Program-made: the position numbers and the translations under genes
Source: Amylibacter sp.
Lineage (GTDB): Bacteria > Pseudomonadota > Alphaproteobacteria > Rhodobacterales > Rhodobacteraceae
Direction: 5' to 3'
Assembly (NCBI GenBank): GCA_965250955.1
Contig: CBDFQE010000001.1
Location: 506,545-570,544, forward strand
DNA length: 64,000 nucleotides
Notes under the pieces: model-generated
The model's input: the letters and a program-made list of their open reading frames with translations, nothing else
Databases searched by the model: none
Told to the model about the DNA's origin: nothing
Part shown: positions 58,635-64,000 of the stretch, in pieces
Position numbering within the stretch: the stretch's first letter is position 1
Layout: each line of letters opens with the position of its first letter

Positions 58635-59311
58635 AACTCGCAAGTGAACTGAAAGAATTTTGCACACGTTTGGGCCACCGGTTTGCGCGGCCCGAACTGC
58701 TGATCGAAGCCACAACACATTCCTCATTAAGCTCGCCCACTCGGGCCGATAACCAACGGCTGGAGTTTTTGGGCGACCGGGTTCTGGCATTGGTGATCGC
58801 GCAAGCCTTACTGGAAAAAGACAAAGAAGCCGCCGAAGGGCTGTTGGCACCGCGTTTTAACGCATTGGTACGCAAAGAAGCCTGCGCCGATGTTGCCGTG
58901 CAAATTGATCTGGGCAGCGCCCTGAAACTGGGCCGCTCGGAAATGCTGTCAGGAGGGCGCAAGAAAACCGCCATCCTAGGGGATGCGATGGAAGCGGTCA
59001 TTGCCGCGGTCTATCTGGATGCAGGGTTTGACACCGCTGAAGAACTGATCCTGCGGCTTTGGGCTACGCGGATAAATGCTGCAAAAGAAGATGCGCGTGA
59101 TCCGAAAACAACATTGCAGGAATGGGCGCAAGGCCATAAGATGACACCGCCTAAATATGTGGAAGTTGGCCGCACTGGCCCTGATCATGCGCCGGTCTTT
59201 GAAATTGAAGCACAGCTTTCCAACGGGGTGTCTGCCATCGCTTGCGCCCCATCAAAAAGACAAGCCCAGCAAATGGCAGCGGCGAAATTATTGGAACAGG
59301 TAGAACAATGA
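58631..59311 (+). CDS. rnc: Ribonuclease III
   Basis: [12 protein letters not shown] and a C-terminal dsRBD (PKTTLQEW...GPDHAPVF). Confidence 0.95.
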   Translation: MKLASELKEFCTRLGHRFARPELLIEATTHSSLSSPTRADNQRLEFLGDRVLALVIAQALLEKDKEAAEGLLAPRFNALVRKEACADVAVQIDLGSALKLGRSEMLSGGRKKTAILGDAMEAVIAAVYLDAGFDTAEELILRLWATRINAAKEDARDPKTTLQEWAQGHKMTPPKYVEVGRTGPDHAPVFEIEAQLSNGVSAIACAPSKRQAQQMAAAKLLEQVEQ

Positions 59312-60222
59312 GCGATACAAAATGCGGCTATGTGGCCCTGATCGGTGAGCCGAATGCAGGCAAGTCAACACTGATGAACTATATGGTGGGTGCCAAGGTC
59401 TCGATCGTCACCCATAAGGTGCAAACTACCCGCACCCGCATTCGCGGCATCGCAATAGAAGATGATGCGCAGCTGATTTTTGTTGATACACCCGGCCTGT
59501 TCCAAACGCGGCGCAATCTGGATAAAGCCATGGTTGCCGCCGCATGGTCAGGGGCGGCTGATGGTGATGTTGTGGTGTTGTTGATCGAAGCACATCGTGG
59601 TGTCACCAAGGGTGTTGAGATGATTTTAGAGGGCCTAAGCAAACGCTTGCGCCCCAAGCAAAAGATGGTTCTGCTGATCAATAAAATCGATATGGTCAAA
59701 TCAGAAAAACTGTTGGCCCTGACGCAGCAGATAAATGAAATGTTCCAATTTGAAGAGACCTTTATGGTCTCTGCCGAAAAAGGTTTCGGGGTAAAGGAAC
59801 TGCGCACATATTTGGCCGCCAACATGCCCAAAGGCCCGTGGTTATACCCCGAAGATCAGATCGCCGACGTGCCAATGCGCATGATCGCCGCTGAAACCAC
59901 GCGCGAAAAACTGATGTTGCGATTGCACCAGGAACTGCCCTATTTCCTGACCGTGGAAACCACGGGTTGGGAACAGAAAAAAGACGGTTCCGTGCGTATT
60001 GATCAAATTGTTTACGTGATCCGCGAACGTCACAAAGGTATTACGCTGGGTCCGAAGGGCCAAACAATTAAAGCGGTCAGCATTGCGTCCCGCACCGAGT
60101 TGAAAAACCTGGTGGGCGCCGAAGTGCATCTGTTTATTCAGGTCAAAGTACGCCCGAAATGGGAAAATGAAGCGGAACGGTTTACCGAAATGGGCCTGAA
60201 TTTTGCGGACACCAAAAAATGA
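59308..60222 (+). CDS. era: GTPase Era
   Basis: ORF track 59242..60222. Start trimmed to ATG 59308 (ATGA overlap with rnc). Motifs [13 protein letters not shown] and NKID, with a KH domain at the C-terminus. Confidence 0.95.
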   Translation: MSDTKCGYVALIGEPNAGKSTLMNYMVGAKVSIVTHKVQTTRTRIRGIAIEDDAQLIFVDTPGLFQTRRNLDKAMVAAAWSGAADGDVVVLLIEAHRGVTKGVEMILEGLSKRLRPKQKMVLLINKIDMVKSEKLLALTQQINEMFQFEETFMVSAEKGFGVKELRTYLAANMPKGPWLYPEDQIADVPMRMIAAETTREKLMLRLHQELPYFLTVETTGWEQKKDGSVRIDQIVYVIRERHKGITLGPKGQTIKAVSIASRTELKNLVGAEVHLFIQVKVRPKWENEAERFTEMGLNFADTKK

Positions 60223-60551
60223 CACCCAGACTGACCAGTGACTTTTGGGTGCGCGCTTATCTTCGCCGCCTTCAGCTGGTTGATATCCCTGCCTTTATAA
60301 CTGCAAAAGGTGATGCAACGGCGGGTGCTGTTATTGTGAAATTGAACACATTAGACGGCAATGCAAAAGCCTTTCACCGCATCTATGACTTAGATGGCAA
60401 CCGCGTTTGGGCAACGCTGGCCGAAGGGGCTGAGCGCGATGTGGATGCAAGTCTTACAAAGCAACGATCCTTTGATCCTGACATCTGGGTGATCGAAGTC
60501 GAAAGTCGTGATGGGCGGCACCTACTCGACGAAGACGGGTTAAGCGGGTAG
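60219..60551 (+). CDS. DUF1491-family protein
   Basis: LTSDFWVRAYLRRL...AFITAKGDATAGAVIVKL pattern. Conserved alphaproteobacterial position between era and recO. Confidence 0.65.
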   Translation: MTPRLTSDFWVRAYLRRLQLVDIPAFITAKGDATAGAVIVKLNTLDGNAKAFHRIYDLDGNRVWATLAEGAERDVDASLTKQRSFDPDIWVIEVESRDGRHLLDEDGLSG

Positions 60552-60560
60552 CTTCACGTC

Positions 60561-61322
60561 ATGGAATGGCAAGATACAGGCACCATTATATCGGTTCGCA
60601 AACACGGCGAAAATTCTACGATTGTGGATGTACTGACCCAAACCCACGGTCGTCATGCGGGTCTTGTGCGCGGCGGGGCTGGGCGCAGGTTGGCCCCAAT
60701 CCTGCAACCGGGCACGCAGGTAGATGTGGAATGGCGCGCGCGGCTTGAAGACCATCTTGGTACTTATAACATTGAACCCATTCAATCACGCGCAACAATC
60801 CTGTCAAACCGTCTGGCCCTATCGGCGATGGGGTCGGTTTGTGCGTTGGTCAACTTTTCTTTCCCCGAACGCATGTCTTTACCGCGCTTATATGTTGAAA
60901 CGATTAACTTGTTTGATCAAATGGCCGCAGGCGGTGCGTGGCTATCAGATTATGCGTTATGGGAATACGCCGTCCTGGAAGAATTAGGGTACGGGTTGGA
61001 TTTAGAAAGCTGTGCGGCCACAGGTGTGCAACAGGATCTGATTTATGTCTCCCCGAAATCAGGCCGCGCGGTTAGCCGCCAAGCGGGTGCCGATTGGGCG
61101 GATCGGATGCTGCCATTGCCAAGATTCCTGCGGGCGCAAACTGCCACAAAAGAAGCGGCAGAAGTTTTGGACGCCCTGAAAACTACAGGCTACTTTCTTG
61201 AACGCCGCCTTGCACCTGCATTAGGCAACCGCCCACTACCCGATGCCCGCGCGCGATTTTTGGCGGTATTAGAAAAAACAACTAGAGCTTCTCCTACGTC
61301 AACAGACCTTAATAAAGGGTAG
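60561..61322 (+). CDS. recO: DNA repair protein RecO
   Basis: MEWQDTGTIISVRKHGENSTIV (OB-fold N-terminus). About 250 aa, downstream of era. Confidence 0.9.
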   Translation: MEWQDTGTIISVRKHGENSTIVDVLTQTHGRHAGLVRGGAGRRLAPILQPGTQVDVEWRARLEDHLGTYNIEPIQSRATILSNRLALSAMGSVCALVNFSFPERMSLPRLYVETINLFDQMAAGGAWLSDYALWEYAVLEELGYGLDLESCAATGVQQDLIYVSPKSGRAVSRQAGADWADRMLPLPRFLRAQTATKEAAEVLDALKTTGYFLERRLAPALGNRPLPDARARFLAVLEKTTRASPTSTDLNKG

Positions 61323-61600
61323 TGTGTAAAAATTTATTGCATAGCGCAAGCATTGGCGTTAAGTTAAACCTAACGAGACTACGCTATTACTGCCATAATA
61401 GTGGGCTAAATTAATAACGGACTACAGATATGGCAGACACTCAAACATACTCAATTTTATCAACTATGAAAAATGAAGGCCCATTTATTTTGGAATGGGT
61501 TGCACATTACAAAGCGCTTGGGTTTGATCATATCGTGGTTAGAGGTGGTCCTACTATTTCGACCAGTTAGCAGCCATTTTAAGATGGATCAGGGTTTCAT

Positions 61601-62431
61601 TTAGGCTGCCAATCTCGTTGGTTCTGTTTTTCTTTCATAAGCTTCATCCGGCGTCAATATTCCGTGGGTCGAATGCGGGCGTTCGGCGTTATAGTATGCC
61701 ATCCATTTTCCGATTCCTGTGCGAGCTTGTGAACCCATTTCAAATGCGTTCAGGTAGATGCATTCATATTTCAGGGATCGCCAAAGCCGCTCAATCATGC
61801 GGTTGTCGACCCAGCAGCCTTTTCCATCCATAGATATCGCCACATCGGCATCTCTCAGCGCCTGTGTCCATTCGAAGCCAGTGAACTGGCTGCCCTGGTC
61901 ACTGTTCATAATCTCTGGTTTACTGTATTTGGCGATGGCCTCTTTCAAGGCTTCGACGCAAAAATCCGCTTCCATGCTATTTGACAAACGCCAGCTCAAA
62001 ACCTTGCGACTGTGCCAGTCCATAATCGCCACCAGATACAAAAACCCACGCTGCATAGGGATGTAAGTAATGTCGACACACCACACCTGATTTGGCCTAT
62101 CAATCGCCAGGTTTCTTAGCAGATATGGGTAAATCTTGTGCTGCGGATGCTTCTTGCTGGTGTTAGGCGTCTGGTAGATTGGAACCAAACACATCAGACG
62201 CATCAAGCGTCGCACACGGTGGCGGCCACACTTGTGGTCTTGCCGCTGCATATAACGCGCCATTTGCCGTGACCCATACCAAGGCGTATCTAGGAATTGT
62301 TTGTCGATTATTTCCATGAACCGCAAATTCTCGGCACTTTCACCCTTCGGCTGATAATACAGGTTTGACCGCGCCAACAACAGCAGCCCACATTGTCGCC
62401 GAACGCTCAGGTTATGATCCTTGCTCACCAT
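61601..62431 (-). CDS. IS3-family transposase OrfB (DDE integrase core)
   Basis: RPNQVWCVDITYI...AIMDWHSRKV...NSDQGSQFT...ERLWRSLKYE. Confidence 0.9.
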   Translation of the reverse strand: MVSKDHNLSVRRQCGLLLLARSNLYYQPKGESAENLRFMEIIDKQFLDTPWYGSRQMARYMQRQDHKCGRHRVRRLMRLMCLVPIYQTPNTSKKHPQHKIYPYLLRNLAIDRPNQVWCVDITYIPMQRGFLYLVAIMDWHSRKVLSWRLSNSMEADFCVEALKEAIAKYSKPEIMNSDQGSQFTGFEWTQALRDADVAISMDGKGCWVDNRMIERLWRSLKYECIYLNAFEMGSQARTGIGKWMAYYNAERPHSTHGILTPDEAYERKTEPTRLAA

Positions 62432-62733
62432 TTTTTGCCTCGTGTTCCGAGCAACTGAACCGAGGCACTTGCTAAAAAATCCCGTTCCACAACCAGTTGA
62501 CCGATCTTCGAGTGCAGCTTGTCAATTTGAGCGTCATCAGCGCGCCCCAGATCACTGCCACGCCTGGAAAATGTCGCGGCCATATTCTCAATCGCAGCAC
62601 GCTTCCATGTCCCAATCTGGGTTGGATGCACACCGTACTTCTTTGACAGCTCCGCCATCGTCATTTCTTCACGGATCGCCTCAAGCGCAACCTTGGCCTT
62701 GAAATCGGGAGAGTGGTTCTTTCGTTTCGTCAT
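62425..62733 (-). CDS. IS3-family transposase OrfA (HTH)
   Basis: MTKRKNHSPDFKAKVALEAIREEMTMAELSKKYGVHPTQIGTWKR, followed by a leucine-zipper-like tail. Confidence 0.9.
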   Translation of the reverse strand: MTKRKNHSPDFKAKVALEAIREEMTMAELSKKYGVHPTQIGTWKRAAIENMAATFSRRGSDLGRADDAQIDKLHSKIGQLVVERDFLASASVQLLGTRGKKW

Positions 62734-63709
62734 TTTGAATCGTCTTTCTCGTTAGTCGATCCATCTTAACTACTGGTCCGAAATCTTGCGACCACCTCTG
62801 TTTGCACGAATGATTGTGAAGACACTACGGTTGAAATTCTTCAACACTTACAAAAGATGGGCTTGGTTCGACATCACGCAACAAGAGTTGGAGCCGGTGG
62901 TATTCAAAGAAGTGCATTACGTCAGGCACGTAAAACACCAGGCATAAAAAATGCCGATTGGGTGTTTGTGACTGATGCGGATGAGTTTTTGAATATTCAT
63001 GTGGGTGATGGAACTGTGCGTGCCCTGGTTGAACATTCCGGCGAGAATGTTGATATGATATCCGTGCCGTGGCGCATTTTCGGCCCGAAAAATATTTTTA
63101 AATTTCATGACAGGCTGGTAAAACAGCAGTTTAACTTAGCAGAAGTTGGTTCTGAGAAAAACCCTGAGGCCGGGAAATTTGTTAAAACCCTGTTTAAAAG
63201 CCCAAAAACATTCAAACGCATCGGGTTACATATGCCGGTACCGCACCCGGAGCAGGGCTACCCGCCACATTGTATGCTGCCGGGTGGAAAATTATATTTA
63301 CGAAATGGCAAGCGGACAAGAAATCTTCCGGTTTTTGATTGTGCGCAGGTAAATCACTACGCTCTGCGTTCAGCAGAGTCATTTTTAATCAAACGCGCAC
63401 GCGGACGTGCAAATCATTCCAGTCATGTTTTGGGGACACCGTATTGGGATAAATTCAATCTGAATGATGTCGAAGACAACAGTATTCGCCGATATGACAT
63501 CACTGCCGGTGCATGGTTGGAAAAATTTGAGGATGACGTTGTTTTATACGATCTGCATTTGAAGGCGGTCGATTGGCACCGTAATAAAGCGAAAGAGTTG
63601 TTACAGGATTCCGACTTTTTGCCGCTGATTAAAGATATACGTAATTCCATGAATATTGTTGAGAATACTGGCTGGCCGCACCCGATTTCTAAACAACCTT
63701 TGGATCAAG

Positions 63710-64000
63710 TTACAGATCACGTTTGAAAAGTTTATTGGCTTTCCAGTCACGCTCAAGAACATAACCGCAATCCTTAATGCGGCTGTTCAAGTCATATTTC
63801 CAAGCCTCATTATGCTTGTCTTCAAAATAAATTCGTTCCGGGCGAAGTTTTTCTGAGACCTGATCAAGCATGGGGGAAATAACGCGGTCTTCTAGCCCTT
63901 CCACATCTACCTTCAAGAAATGAACCGGTCCTTGCTTTGGAAAGAAGTCAGTCAATAATTTAACATCTACCGAGACAGAGTTTGAGCGCGTTTGCTGAGC
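63710..64000 (-). CDS. FkbM-family methyltransferase (partial; 5' end beyond the right window edge)
   Basis: ORF track 63710..63955. The frame stays open to position 64000 (..SNSVSVDVKLLTDFF..). The motif HFLKVDVEGLE is typical of FkbM-type methyltransferases. Confidence 0.65.
   Translation of the reverse strand, partial: AQQTRSNSVSVDVKLLTDFFPKQGPVHFLKVDVEGLEDRVISPMLDQVSEKLRPERIYFEDKHNEAWKYDLNSRIKDCGYVLERDWKANKLFKRDL

Larger units (their letters stand above)
61541..62799 (-). mobile_element. IS3-family insertion sequence (1259 bp), apparently intact
   Basis: Imperfect terminal inverted repeats of about 27 bp, with the first 10 bp identical (agaggtggtc at 61541-61550, gaccacctct at 62790-62799). 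3-bp direct repeat gtt at 61538-61540 and 62800-62802. orfA and orfB overlap at an A6 run (62431-62436, minus strand GGCAAAAAATGG). Confidence 0.9.
61430..63726 (+). pseudogene. Glycosyltransferase (GT2-like, Glyco_tranf_2_4/GT92-like) interrupted by an IS3-family insertion
   Basis: The N-terminal 37 codons, MADTQTYSILSTMKNEGPFILEWVAHYKALGFDHIVV, end at 61540. The frame resumes at 62803 (CTNDCEDTTVEILQHLQKMGLVRHH...FVTDADEFL) and continues to 63726. Removing 61541-62802 restores one ORF. Confidence 0.8.

Noticed and set aside
1-64000. tRNA, rRNA, tmRNA, riboswitch and CRISPR scan by eye of all intergenic regions.
   Set aside because: No T-loop-like GGTTCGAATCC-type motif, rRNA-like stretch or recognisable riboswitch core was seen. 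A covariance-model scan (tRNAscan-SE or Infernal) would be needed to exclude small RNAs.

Overview
This looks like a chromosomal segment of an alphaproteobacterium. Gene content and order appear Rhodobacterales-like: fnrL-ccoNOQP-ccoGHIS, rpoZ-spoT, pdxJ-acpS-lepB-rnc-era-recO, a Rhodobacter-type porin, and an Flp pilin with a GAVTVDF motif. From left to right the window holds: (1) a Tad/Flp pilus locus on the minus strand (1-8975), including a 47-aa Flp pilin gene missing from the ORF track; (2) a lytic transglycosylase, acetoacetyl-CoA synthetase, an HDAC-family hydrolase and DUF167; (3) a type I secretion operon (ABC, HlyD, small ORF) with an RTX substrate (13641-19195), followed by a porin; (4) an apparently accessory, AT-richer block (about 20.8-32.7 kb); (5) ordinary core genes, namely hemN, fnrL, usp, ccoNOQP, ccoGHIS, proXWV, a PrpD-family/aminotransferase pair, rnhA, ispH, folK, rpoZ, spoT, pdxJ, acpS, lepB, rnc, era and recO; (6) a glycosyltransferase gene split by an intact-looking IS3-family element with a 3-bp target duplication, then a partial FkbM-type methyltransferase. 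The accessory block carries two tandem sulfotransferases, a beta-hydroxyacid dehydrogenase, an orphan 431-aa protein with a divergent LysR regulator, a five-gene RiPP-like operon and a decayed IS66-family element. The best candidate for an undescribed system is the operon at 26157-30817. It encodes an 86-aa Cys-free peptide whose only three Tyr/Phe residues are spaced 9 residues apart (YSK, YSK, FDN). Downstream are an HExxH-motif protein, an FxsB-like radical SAM/SPASM enzyme, a GT9 glycosyltransferase and an aldo/keto reductase. I read this as a triceptide-like cyclophane pathway with unusual tailoring. No tRNA, rRNA or CRISPR was recognised. All family assignments come from motif reading by eye, with no searches run.
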